A DNA stretch of 64,000 nt, the filler included, from Dirinaria sp. TL-2023a (Eukaryota): assembly GCA_051941275.1 (NCBI GenBank). It is 6 parts of 6 records of this genome, joined end to end, with 100 filler letters (N's around TTAATTAATTAA, not from the genome) between each part and the next. Parts side by side here need not be neighbours in the genome. Positions count along the whole stretch, not along the records: positions 43,493 to 54,259 come from JAVEBF010000910.1; positions 54,360 to 64,000 come from JAVEBF010001025.1; 4 more parts are not named here. The stretch is one strand, 5' to 3'. Positions within the stretch are counted from its first letter, which is position 1, and each line of letters begins with the position of its first letter. This document shows positions 50,760 to 62,276 of this stretch, in pieces. A program made the translations under genes and the position numbers. A model generated the notes under the pieces. The model worked only from the letters and a program-made list of their open reading frames with translations, was not told the DNA's origin and searched no databases.

Positions 50760-51157
50760 GGAGTTACCTTATGCTACAGATGTAAAAATCTGGAGACCGC
50801 AGAAGGGGACACTGGGGGCCTCGGTAGGCAGCGGCCGTTGTTACCACTCGACCATCTTCCCCTTCGCGTCAAGGCTGGATCTTGATGAACGCGCGTCGCT
50901 GCATCGATGGTACAACAGGTGTAAACTCAACGAAACGAGGGTATTTACCTAATGTAGACGATTATGGTGTAGGTTCAGCGGTTCTGATCCGTCCGATCTT
51001 CCCCTTGTAGAGATCTACTTCTTCCGTAGAGTGAAGCCTTATCTCCGTACTAAGTTCGTAGGACTATCAAGTCTGTCATGCCTCGGGAGCTCGGAGCCTT
51101 GGCGTGACGGGGACCAATTGCGGCAGATCTAGACCGGATTTATTTTTTCCCGTCGAC

Positions 51158-51165
51158 CACGTGGG
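51158..51165 (+). promoter_or_regulatory. Candidate Pho4/NUC-1 bHLH site (CACGTGGG)
   Basis: E-box with GG flank about 950 bp upstream of the PHO84 ATG. Confidence 0.55.
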
Positions 51166-51500
51166 TCTCTGATTGGCTCTAACAACGTCGAGCTCCTTCA
51201 AGCTCGTCTCTCAGGCACACTGCGGTCTCCAAGGACCTGAGGTAAGGTACTGTAGGGTGCAGTAAGGTACCTTACCTTTTGTATGCCTCTCGTCACAGTG
51301 ATGCTCCGCGTGCAAGTCATTGGAGAGCAGACGCGCAGGCGGCGGGGTCCTCGTGCCGCTCATACATAGAGGTTCGTCGTCGCTCTTCGCTCAAGTTTCA
51401 AGTATCCCGTACTTCTTTCTCTCAAATTACAGGCAACTGACGCTTTGCCAGTTGCCACTAGATTCTGTCTCACGAATCTCGTACTAAGCTACGCCAAGAG

Positions 51501-51506
51501 CACGTG
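51501..51506 (+). promoter_or_regulatory. Candidate Pho4/NUC-1 bHLH site (CACGTG)
   Basis: Second E-box about 610 bp upstream of the PHO84 ATG. Confidence 0.5.
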
Positions 51507-52110
51507 TACAGTATGAGCGTTGTGACTGGCGGATGGCGCACTATCAGCCAAGCCAGACACACCACTACTACTGTTCGAAGTCGACAATATTATTCAAAAT
51601 CCACATCTACTTTTCTTTTTGAACTCCAAAGAGAGGCAAGTCCGAACGGGCCAAGAAGGGAAATCGCTCTTGGATGATGATGATACGCTGCAGAAGGTGG
51701 GATGGTGTCACCCAACGATGCACACCGATTCAGCCGCCGTTCTAGAGTTCGCAGATGGAAGAGCCGCCAAGGGCCCCAAATGGGGGATGCATCTGCACGT
51801 AGCTCTTCAAAGGCATCTGATTGGGGCAATCACCTCCATTTGGCATCCTGATACTAGCGATCAATGCCGTGCCTAGGCCCGTCTCGCGCCTGGATTTGGC
51901 GAAATCTCACGCGAGGCGTGCCTTCTCTTGGCCGTCGACACATCATCGGTTCGCTGATCGACAACATACCTTAAGGTAGCACGACTAGGTATATCAGGCA
52001 GGGAACGCCTCTTCTTTGATTGCTTCCTGAGTTTGTATCTGCATGTTGTACTGAAGTACTCGTACAACCTTATCCCGTCTTCCATTGTCTTCAGTCAGTT
52101 CACACTCAGG

Positions 52111-54089
52111 ATGGTTCGCAAGACGGCAGGGGGCAACGCGGCCTTTCACAATTTCCACAATGACTACATCCACATCGAGGATCCCAACGAACGTCGCCGT
52201 CTTGCTCTGGCCAAGATTGACAGTGCGCCGTTTGGCTGGTATCATGTCCGCGCCATCGTAGTTGCCGGTATTGGCTTTTTCACAGATGCTTATGATATCT
52301 TTGCAATCAATCTTGTTACTGCTATGCTGGGTGTCGTCTACTGGCACTCGGCAAAGAAGTCACCCGGCACTATACCCGAGCACTCAGACACTGCTATCAA
52401 AGTTGCTACTTCCGGAGGTACTGTCTTGGGTCAAGTCGGCTTCGGCATCCTCGCCGATGTTGTCGGTCGTAAGAGGATGTATGGTCTTGAGCTGATTCTC
52501 ATCATCATCGCTACCCTTGCTCAAACGCTCTCGTCGGCTTCGAGGGCAATCTCAATCACCGGTGTACTCATCTTTTGGCGCGTTATGATGGGAATTGGTA
52601 TTGGAGGAGATTACCCTTTGTCGTCGATCATCACCTCAGAGTAGGTGCCATCTTCCAAGGAGCAAAGGTCAGTTCTGACGTTACCAGGTTTGCCACTACA
52701 AAATGGCGTGGCGCCATGATGGGCTCGGTCTTCGCAATGCAAGGTCTTGGTCAATTTACAGCAGCTATGATAGCTCTTATCGTTACTTCCGGCTTCAAGG
52801 AATCCCTCCTCCTGGGCAAGTCGGCAGCTACATGCAGCGGCGACTGTGCGCTCGCCGTCGACAAGATGTGGCGTGTGATTATTGGCTTTGGTGCGGTCCC
52901 CGGCTGCATCGCCTTGTATTTCCGATTGACTATCCCCGAGACGCCTCGATACACCTTTGATGTATCTCGAGACATTGCGAAGGCCGATGAAGACACCAAG
53001 GCCTACTTTCAGGGTAAAGCTGAGGGTCATCCTGAGGAGTTGCAGAGAGTTGCTGTGGCACAGCATGCTGATGACAATCTTGCGATTCCTAAAGCAAGTT
53101 GGAGAGACTTCTTCCGTCACTACAGCCAATGGAAGCATGGTAAGGTTTTGATTGGAACGGCCGGGTCGTGGTTTTTCCTCGATGTAAGTCTTCAACATAC
53201 CCATCCTAGTCCACGGTGTCGAGTCATCGATCTTGCCTCCTCTATCTGCTCATCGTCTTGTCCTTTCAATTGCTTCAAAATACTGATAGGTATATTAGGT
53301 TGCTTTCTACGGGCTTGGCTTGAACAACTCTATTATCTTGACCGCAATTGGCTATGCAAAAGGCAATAGCATGTATAAGATCTTCTACAACACCGCGGTC
53401 GGCAACCTGATCATCGTCTGCGCTGGTTCAATCCCCGGCTACTGGGTGACAGTGGCCCTCGTCGATATCGTAGGACGCAAACCAATCCAGCTCATGGGCT
53501 TCGTCCTCCTCACCATAATCTTCGCCATCATCGGATTCGCATACGACAAACTAGTCACCCATAACGGCGCTCTACTAGCACTGTATGTTCTGGCCCAATT
53601 CTTCTTCAATTTCGGCCCCAACGCCACCACCTTCATCGTCCCTGGCGAGTGCTTCCCTACGCGCTACCGATCCAGTTCCCACGGCATTTCCGCTGCTTCA
53701 GGCAAAATTGGTGCGATCATTGCACAGACCATTTTCGGTCCTCTCCGCACGCGTGCTCGTGCCGGAGCTCCAAAGGCAGCTGCATCGTCACCGTAAGTTG
53801 TTGACTCGAGCTTGGATCATACTATCGAGATACTGACCTCGATAGGTGGCTTAATCACGTGATGGAGATATTCGCCTTGTTCATGCTGTGCGGTATCATG
53901 ACCACGCTCCTGATCCCAGAGACCAAGCGGAAGACACTTGAGGAATTGGCTGGAGAAGTGGAGGGCACCCCTAACTATGACCCTGTTACCGCGGGCCACG
54001 AAACTATTCATGGGGAGTCGCGATTCAAAGATGAGAACAGTGACCCCGGAAGTGGAAGTGGGCACGGGTTGGTGGAGACTAAGGTATAA
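52111..54089 (+). CDS. PHO84: High-affinity phosphate:H+ symporter (MFS)
   Basis: GGNAAFHNF, AGIGFFTDAYD, GIGGDYPLSSIITSE, TIPETPRY, NFGPNATTFIVPGECFPTRYRS; introns 52641-52687, 53184-53298, 53793-53845. Confidence 0.96.
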
Positions 54090-54259
54090 ATAAAGTCATA
54101 ATCATATGGGGAGGCAAGAGTGCGCCCAAATCACGACTATCAGCGGCAGGAAAAAAAACCAAAAAACACACAATTGGAATGCTTATTTAATAATGTCAAT
54201 CATTAATGCGTATGTATGCTTTCAAGTACATTAAATTGAGATCCAATGGACATATATAT

Positions 54260-54359
54260 NNNNNNNNNNNNNNNNNNNNNNNNNNNNNNNNNNNNNNNNN
54301 NNNTTAATTAATTAANNNNNNNNNNNNNNNNNNNNNNNNNNNNNNNNNNNNNNNNNNNN
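54260..54359. other. Artificial contig spacer
   Basis: N44-TTAATTAATTAA-N44. Confidence 0.98.
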
Positions 54360-55970
54360 GGAATGTGTTGCATGTTGCTTGCTCCGCGGTCCATGTTGAC
54401 AGAGAGGTGTGTGCGAGCAAGGAGAGCCAGAGCGGGGATGGGAGGGATAGGTAGCGCGAGAGTGAGGCTGATCGGGTTGCCTTTGAGGTGAATATCAGGC
54501 ACCATGTCCTGTAGAGCTCGTCTTCGCGCGCCGTGAGCGATCGGTTTGGGATGTAGCTTGTTAGGTGGCTGGGAAGAGGGGGTTCAGTGGTTGGCTTTTT
54601 TTTTTTCAAAAGGTGGGGAAGGGGACACACTTTTCAACTATGTACCGGCCCAGCTTGGGTTGGAACCAGAAGATCTTGAGGACGTTCGATGTCGAGCTCG
54701 TTTCGAGCTGGAGGTGTTCGTCCCAGTACGAGGTCCATTGAATCTGGAGATGGCCCAGCGTTTGCAGGTCTCGGAGGTTGAAGTCGTCGATTCGCAGGAA
54801 CACGTCGGCGCCTTCTCGCGGTTCTGAGGGTCGCTGGTGGAGCATCGGTTGTGGTGTTGTAGCGGTTTCGACATCGGGCAGTGGCATGTCCCATGCTACC
54901 TGCGCATCTTTCAGGCCGCCCGTGGGGATAATTATTGGGATGTGGTGCTTGCTCAGCAGGTTGATGAGGCGCAGCGCCCGGCGCACGTTCTGGCATTGCT
55001 TCAGCAAGTAGTGCGCCGTCACCTGCTCGTCGAAGCCGGGTTCCGGCCGACTCAGAATCCCGCGCCGGTAGCAGGCTGACAGGACATTGCTGAGCCGAGG
55101 ACCTTCTCGGTATCCTTGCATTACTCTCGTGCTGGGATCGAAAGCGTTACAAGCCCAGATGCATTCGATCAGGATTCGGATCTGTTTCACGGGGCCGGTT
55201 TCCGGAATGCGGTGGTAAGAGCGGTATTGCTCGTTCAGCCTCACGCCTATCAGACTTATCAGAGTCGATATCGCGCGGTAGTCCCGCCCCAGCTGCCGCA
55301 TATTCGTGTTGAATGCGACTATACGGTTGTTGGCATTGAGCGCGTCGGCAAGGTCAAGTTGCAAGCGTTTCCTCTTCCATTCGGAGCATGGCCACTGGAA
55401 CAGCCCCTTGTCGACGCCTGCAGATGGCTCCCAAAGGTGTTTCCAGCTGTCTTCGAGATAAGCGTTCTCGTCCGAGGGTCGCCACTCCAGCCTTCCCAGT
55501 CTCCGGTATTCATCTTCCGCCTCGATCTCGGAGTCGGACATGCGCTCCACGGTGCTCCATGGCTGCTCATTTCTGGAGCGTAAGATCGGTGGATACCGGC
55601 CGTGCGAGCTTGACGGTGTAGACCGAAATGTCTGGAAGCTCGATGGTTCTGAATGTAGAGGGAGGAGGTGCGCTGGCTGACTGCCTGTATTTAAGCTCTG
55701 TTGTAGGACATCGATCCACAATCCCATCAACTGCTCAACCTTGCGTCTTGGCAATTTGACATAGTCCTGGTCCTCGAGTAGTGTCGCATCTTCCGTCTTT
55801 TTTTCGGCTATGGGTAGAAGGCCATCTTTGGCTGGATCCACCCGCTCGTAGCCGTTCCCCCATAGCCTCTCGGAATCGACTCCGCTCAGCTCAGTGTCTA
55901 GCTCGGAGTCCTGCCATGTTCTCACTGGTCGCGTCGAAACTCGCTCTAGCTCGAGGTCGTGCTCGTACAT
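54360..55970 (-). CDS. Hypothetical fungal protein, 3'-truncated
   Basis: 454-codon ORF with FNLRDLQTLGHLQIQWTSYWDEHLQL, resembling an uncharacterised Pezizomycotina family; probable intron near 54630 then EDELYRTWCLIF to contig edge. Confidence 0.65.
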
Positions 55971-56447
55971 AGCTCACGCTGCGGTCTGCACAGCATCTCG
56001 ACTGTCGCAGCCTTGCGACGTGATGTTTGCCTAGGCGTAGCCCTTGCGCTGCGGCCCATGGTGCCGATCGATGCAAATGGACTTAAAATTCCGACGAAAC
56101 TACAATATTGGATATTATAAGGCCTTTGCCTTTGAATACACAAACGCCTGGCTTAGATCTGTCTTGACCATGGAAGCAGCCGATTTGGGAATGACGACAC
56201 GGAGCCATGAGGTGATCAGATGAGGTTGCGATAGACTCGCTAGCGGCTCTGGATCTCAGAGCGCAACGACGCTCCCTTGAACTAATCATCCAACAACAGC
56301 GCAGACCAGGATCTCCGTGGCATCCTGCTGATCGTTCTCCAGTGTCGCGTGATCAACCTCGCCTTCGTAGCGCCACAGTTCTTTCTGCATCTACTTACAG
56401 CTACTTCTTCCACTCTGTTTTCCTTTCCACTCCATCGTGAAGGCATC

Positions 56448-58004
56448 ATGACACGCGTTCAAGGGACCGTGCAAGCATCTTCATCGCGTCCTTACCGTGT
56501 GGCTTGTCAAGTGAGAAGAGATCCAGCCTCTTCTCACAAGCAAGACGTAGCAGCTGCTGTGGCCGAACCTGAGTCGTATACCAGTCCATTTCTTTCCTTT
56601 ATTTCAGATAATCCTACAGTCTTCCACGCAGTCGCGTACTTTGAGAGTAGGCTCGAGGCTCACGGATTCACTAAGCTCTCCGAACGGGCTTCTTGGACAG
56701 AGAAATTGGAAAAAGGCGGCAAGTACTATGTCGTGCGCAACGGCAGTGCCTTGATCGCATTCACAATTGGCAACGACTATAAACGAGGCAATGGAGTTAG
56801 CATGATAGCTAGCCATGTCGATGCCCTTGCTGCAAAGCTGAAACCGATACCGAAGCTTCCTAGCAAAGCTGGCTTCGTGCAGTTGGGAGTTGCCCCTTAT
56901 GCAGGCGGCTTGAACACGACGTGGTTTGATCGGGACCTTGGTATTGGCGGGAGAGTGCTAGTAAAAGACAAGAAGACTGGCAAAATTGAGACGAAGCTGG
57001 CAAAGCTGGATTGGCCTATCGCAAGGATACCAACATTAGCGCCCCATTTCGGTGCGGCATCAAGTCTCGCAAACGTCAACAAGGAAACCCAAATGGTGCC
57101 CATTATTGGACTAGATCACTCGGATCTGAGTGGTACGCAGCGAGACACGGATTCTTTCAGGCCTGTGAAAGTGGACACATTTACTGCAACGCAACCAGAA
57201 CGACTTGTCAAGGCTATTGCAGGGGAGCTTGACATAGATGACTACAGCTCAATCGTCAATTGGGAGCTGGAGCTATTTGACACCCAGCCAGCGCAATTAG
57301 GAGGTCTTGACAAGGAATTCGTATTCGCGGGCCGGATTGATGACAAGCTCTGTGCTTTCTCTGCTATTGAAGCCCTCATCGCCTCAGCATCTAGCTCATC
57401 AACTTCTCAGAAGAGTGACAAGCCATCAGACAACAGCGGCATAATCAAATTAGTGGGGCTTTTCGACGACGAGGAGATCGGCTCGTTGCTCCGTCAAGGT
57501 GCTCATGGCAACTTCTTGCCTAGCACCATCGCCCGTATCTGCGAAACCTTTGGCGACGCTGCAGCTAGCACAAATGCACTTGCCCAAACCTATGCCAACA
57601 GTTTCCTTGTGTCAGCGGATGTCAGTCATGCAGTCAATCCTAATTACCTTGGCTCCTATCTTGAAAATCATGCACCCAGACTTAATGTAGGCATAGCCAT
57701 CCAGGCCGATCCGAATGGACATACTACCACAGACTCAGTCAGCACAGCAATACTGCAACGGGTGGCAGAAAAATGTGACTCGCAGTTGCAAGTCTTCCAG
57801 ATCAGGAACGACTCGAGATCAGGCGGAACTGTGGGACCCATGCTTTCGTCGGCTATGGGCGTTCGAGCCATCGATTGTGGCCTACCCCAACTATCGATGC
57901 ATTCCATACGTGCAACAACTGGAAGTCTAGATCCAGGGTTGGGCGTCAAGCTCTTCAAAGGCTACTTTGATCATTATGAGGAGGTCGATTCAGAGTTCGC
58001 CTGA
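56448..58004 (+). CDS. APE1: M18 family aminopeptidase, vacuolar aminopeptidase I (Ape1/Lap4)-like, intronless
   Basis: NPTVFHAV, SHVDAL, WFDRDLGIGGRV, GRIDDKLC, FDDEEIGS, SADVSHA, SGGTVGP, QLSMHSIR; N-terminal extension. Confidence 0.88.
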   Translation: MTRVQGTVQASSSRPYRVACQVRRDPASSHKQDVAAAVAEPESYTSPFLSFISDNPTVFHAVAYFESRLEAHGFTKLSERASWTEKLEKGGKYYVVRNGSALIAFTIGNDYKRGNGVSMIASHVDALAAKLKPIPKLPSKAGFVQLGVAPYAGGLNTTWFDRDLGIGGRVLVKDKKTGKIETKLAKLDWPIARIPTLAPHFGAASSLANVNKETQMVPIIGLDHSDLSGTQRDTDSFRPVKVDTFTATQPERLVKAIAGELDIDDYSSIVNWELELFDTQPAQLGGLDKEFVFAGRIDDKLCAFSAIEALIASASSSSTSQKSDKPSDNSGIIKLVGLFDDEEIGSLLRQGAHGNFLPSTIARICETFGDAAASTNALAQTYANSFLVSADVSHAVNPNYLGSYLENHAPRLNVGIAIQADPNGHTTTDSVSTAILQRVAEKCDSQLQVFQIRNDSRSGGTVGPMLSSAMGVRAIDCGLPQLSMHSIRATTGSLDPGLGVKLFKGYFDHYEEVDSEFA

Positions 58005-58689
58005 GAAGACTGGCTTTCTTGAGACGTTATGGAATTTGTGGGCATGGTTTGGTCTTGGTTGTATTCGTAGTATCCGGAGGCTCTTGAATGCATTACATGA
58101 CGGGATATTTTACAGACTCAATGCTGTTTACGTGTAATAAGATATGGGCTGTGCTCACTTCAATTCCCTTGTAATGCTTGAGCAAGGGGTTACGGACATG
58201 GAATTGATAAATCTATGAACTCCTAAAATCCAACGATGTGAAACGCTCGTAACCATTTACTAACGCTGTCTTAGTTAAGTGTGCTTCTATCAACATATGC
58301 TGCCCATATCTCGTATTGCTTGCTACTCGCACCCATGAGATGATTTGGTTTACTCATCCAAGTCCTGAGGTAACAATTTTTGAGCCAGGGTTTGCAAAGG
58401 GTTTGTCACTTGATGCAATTCTCCTGAATTTAGAGCTTGAGAAGTTTTGCTATTTAAAGCCATTATCATATTGAAGCTAGAGAGAAAATCTATAAATTCC
58501 GATGTAGCGGATTCACTTAGATGATTGCGTTCCTCAGTTTCCATACCTTATCAGCCGCTACCATGAATGAGGACAATCATAACGTCATAGATTTCTGCGG
58601 CACTCTTTCCTCTTTTGTCAATCTTGCTACTGAGGTGGCCCTTCCTACCCTGTTATGAGCTGCTGCTACCCTTTTGGGAGCCTTTTGCA

Positions 58690-59571
58690 ATGCTTCTCAA
58701 CCAGCTAAGGTCGACTCGGACCATACTCTCGTTCTCCCTGCCCGCCTTTCTATCGACAATGGTGTCCGTTTCGCCCTCGTCACCTTCTCAAGGTGCCCCA
58801 ACCCGCCCATACGTTCCTCGCCATACCTCTTTTCCTTATACTCCGGCAGACTTTAAACGGGAAGACGAGAGCGTAGACACTGATTTCTATCGCTCGCCAC
58901 GATTAGTGACGCATATTGACGACAATGCCATTGGACTGCTGCGAGATTACTACGCTCGGAACCTGCCTCGGACTGGACGCATATTGGACCTATGCTCCAG
59001 CTGGGTTAGCCATTTCCCCGAAGAGCTGGAACAGCTGGCCGTAGCAACGAAGAAGCATTCATCGAAATCAAGCGAGCAATCTGTAACTAAAGACATTCCA
59101 AAGCTTGAAGTGATTGGACAGGGCATGAATGATGCCGAGCTGTCCGCAAACCCGATCCTGTCTTCATCCATCTTGCAAGACCTTAATTCCGCTCCGGATC
59201 TCCCTGAATCTCTAGTTCCACTCGAAGCTACCACATGTGTTGTCAGCGTCGACTATCTGACCCAGCCAGTACGCGTGTTAGCATCCATCCTCAATCATAC
59301 ACGGCCTGGAGGGAAGGTGCATTTGGTCGTATCCAACCGCTGTTTTCCAACGAAAGCTATAGGCAGATGGCTGAAAATATCTGAAGAGGAGAGACTCCAG
59401 ATGGTCGGAGACTACCTTTGGTTCGCTGGGTGGAGGAACATTGAGATATGTACATTGAATGATGGCAAAACTGAATTGAGCCCTTCTGGCGGACTTATGG
59501 CCTGGTTTAGTGCTAGATCCGATCCCCTTTGGGTCGTGCGAGCAAACAAGCCGTCCACTTCCGATTCCTGA
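58690..59571 (+). CDS. SAM-dependent methyltransferase (type 11-like), intronless
   Basis: REDESVDTDFYRSPRLVTHIDD, ILDLCSSWVSH, VSVDYLTQP, SNRCFPTKA, DPLWVV; start 58690 or 58759. Confidence 0.85.
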   Translation: MLLNQLRSTRTILSFSLPAFLSTMVSVSPSSPSQGAPTRPYVPRHTSFPYTPADFKREDESVDTDFYRSPRLVTHIDDNAIGLLRDYYARNLPRTGRILDLCSSWVSHFPEELEQLAVATKKHSSKSSEQSVTKDIPKLEVIGQGMNDAELSANPILSSSILQDLNSAPDLPESLVPLEATTCVVSVDYLTQPVRVLASILNHTRPGGKVHLVVSNRCFPTKAIGRWLKISEEERLQMVGDYLWFAGWRNIEICTLNDGKTELSPSGGLMAWFSARSDPLWVVRANKPSTSDS

Positions 59572-60169
59572 CCCGGAACTCCATCCCGGGATGATTTTGG
59601 AAGCAGTCATTGAGAGCTTAGAAGTACAGAACAAACGGTACTTATCGTGAAGAAAAATGTTGAAGCATCACAGCTGGAAATCATGCGGCAACCGTCAACC
59701 GATCATCTCACCCGGTCATGAATTTCCTGGAGAACATTGAATAGGTCGCGTACCAAGGCAGCGTTTACTGATACTCTACTCTAATATGGGGTCGACGATC
59801 GTGGGAAGACTTCCCTGCAACGCCTTGATGACGGTCGATGGCAGATCTAAGGCCGAAGGCTGCGTTATTATGAGATTCACCTTCGCAACCTGTTGCTGCT
59901 CATTCTTCCAAAAATGAACTGGCAAGGAATCTATCGTTATAAAGATCCTAGGTTTATAATCGGCGTATTCCTACTTCTGAAGTACTTGACCCGTTCTTGC
60001 CTTTTCTTTTTTGGCTTGTCTCGGGACGCGATGAAGTCCAAAATGGCTCTTAAAATCCACTTTATGTTTTACAGTCTGAATTCATGCCGATGTACGCCGC
60101 AAAAGTCCAGGCCGAATTGTGATATACGCGATCCTAACTACTGTGCACTTCAAGGTTGTGAGAATCAGC

Positions 60170-61352
60170 ATTTCTAATGTTCCGATAGAGTTATGGGGAC
60201 AATTATTCCTATTCTTATAAGATTCTAGCGATTTGAGAGGTGTGTCCGAAGTTAGTCGAACATTCCAAGAGCTTGCGGCACCTCTTTACTGATCAGCGCT
60301 CAATGTGTCTGGTTATGAGACATCAGCTGGCTTCGGCAAAATCTCTAGCAGTCCTCATCTAGCACATCATGTGGGAAAAAAATTCCAATTCAAAGGCGCT
60401 CGTTGTCAAACCCATCTACTTCGAATAAGTAGTATGGATATAGGATATATATGCTTATGCGGCCTGCTGAGTTACTAAGGGCGCTTTCATAATATGAAAG
60501 ACTTGATATGGTACACATAATAGTTCCTAGCGACTCTTTGTTATCAAAACCGGAAACTGGTTAACAAAGGTCAAAGTGCTGTGCTGGCAAGCGTCAGACG
60601 CAAAGTTATCGGTTGTGGCGCATTTCCATATGAGTGATGGACCGTGTCCTGATCTGGCCATCTTTCCTAAATTGACACCAGTCGAAACGAGCACTGCACC
60701 GTTTTTGCAACGGAATGGCATCACAGATTCTGTACTAGCCCACCCATTAGCTCAGCGACGGATTTCGAGGATTGTACAAAGCGAATTGTTTAGCTAGCCT
60801 CTCAGAGCTGCGCAAATAATGGCTGCGTCCATTACACAAACCTCGATCTACAATCTCCAACAAAGCCCACTCCTGCACTCTGCAATGCGGCTCACCTCAA
60901 GATTGATCTTTCGACTTCCACTTGGAAGAGTCCACAAGAACACAGAGATTGCCTTGCGAAAGAAGTGCTGCTGTCACCCTGGCTACTCTTATTCAAGGCC
61001 TCGAGACACTCACTTTGTTACAGAATACGAGGATGGAACCTGCAGTCAACGTCCTTGGCGACTTGATATTTTTCTAAAGCCTCCAGCTTTGAGAAGGATT
61101 GATTTTCTTCGTATCACGACGTACGCAGCACACCTCGAGGAATTCATCGATCTGCACATTGAGCGACTGCAGTTTTTAAGAATTTGGGAGCCGATGATGC
61201 CGGAAGCAGGTTGGACACGATTTCGGATCGCCATAATTGGAAAATTGCGATCAATTCAGGAAATCGATATTGGGGATACCTACTTGCCACAAGGCACGAG
61301 CGAAAGTGAACGGAAAACTCGTGGAGCTACAACCGTCACTCGTGGTGACTGA
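60170..61352 (+). pseudogene. Degraded F-box protein gene, paralog of 62277-63509
   Basis: ISNVPIELWGQLFLFL*DSSDLRGVSEVSRTFQELAAPLY*SALNV with in-frame TAA 60218-60220 and TGA 60290-60292; downstream LRRIDF...HLEEFIDLHIERLQFLRIWEPMMPEAGW matches the neighbour's C-terminal pattern. Confidence 0.75.
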
Positions 61353-62276
61353 AAGGAGTGGGATATAATGATGAGGAAACCCTGGCTCCACAGTATGTTC
61401 GTTTTCACAGTGTGTTCATCATGGCACAAGCCCGTGTTCTGATATGGCTACGATATACATCATGCGGAGTACAAATGAGTATGGAGCAGAAGTCATGACT
61501 TGAACAGCCACTACTTTCCTAAGCGATTACCATACAATCGTTGCACTTACTATTCTCTAACCGTGGTTTGCAACCCACGAGCATTTCTAACTGCCTGAAG
61601 CTTCTCTACAATGACTTGACGATGTGCTAATACCTAGGTAGTTGCAGTGGTAAAGCAGGCGCCAGCAACGTTATCGGATTTGGCCTGATGCTTGATGCGG
61701 CTAGCTCATCACCTCAAACATGTGCTGATCCCCTATCATCATCTTGGAAATGTAGGGTTGTCAGAATTTGGTCGTTTCCAATTTTTCCTCATTGTGCATG
61801 ACTTTGGCTCGAAGCCGTTTAAGATTAAAGGCTAAACATAAAGAATAAGATAAATTAGCGAATGAGTGGGGTACAAAGATAAATGACCATTTTCTGCGAA
61901 GTATGATGCCCCTATCCTTGTTGAGGCCTGCTGTTCCCTGTCTCAAAATATGGCGAAAACTTAAAACCTGTCTAGATATGTTTGTTGTGCACTGATACGA
62001 TAACATTGGTTCTGATCTATGAATCTTACTTAACATGTTTGGGACATAGTAGAACTTATTTCGCTCAGAACTCTCGACTTATGCTGTTTTGAATCACTGA
62101 TCAAAGAGATAGCCGTGTTGACCGTCACATGACAAACACAGTATTCATTGCCATGTGAAATAAGCATGCGACGCGTCTGTCGTTTAAATTTGAGAAATCG
62201 CGTTTCTTCGTTGTCAACGACTGCGCAGTATCGTTCCTCTATCTTTTCCATCAGATCTCTCTCTTTATCTCTCAAG

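Noticed and set aside
11505..54089. Phosphate-acquisition cluster (PhoD-like, GUT2, PHO84)
   Set aside because: Genes lie on different contigs separated by artificial spacers
58350..58544. AT-rich 64-aa ORF as transposon fragment
   Set aside because: No recognisable domain, terminal repeats or target-site duplication
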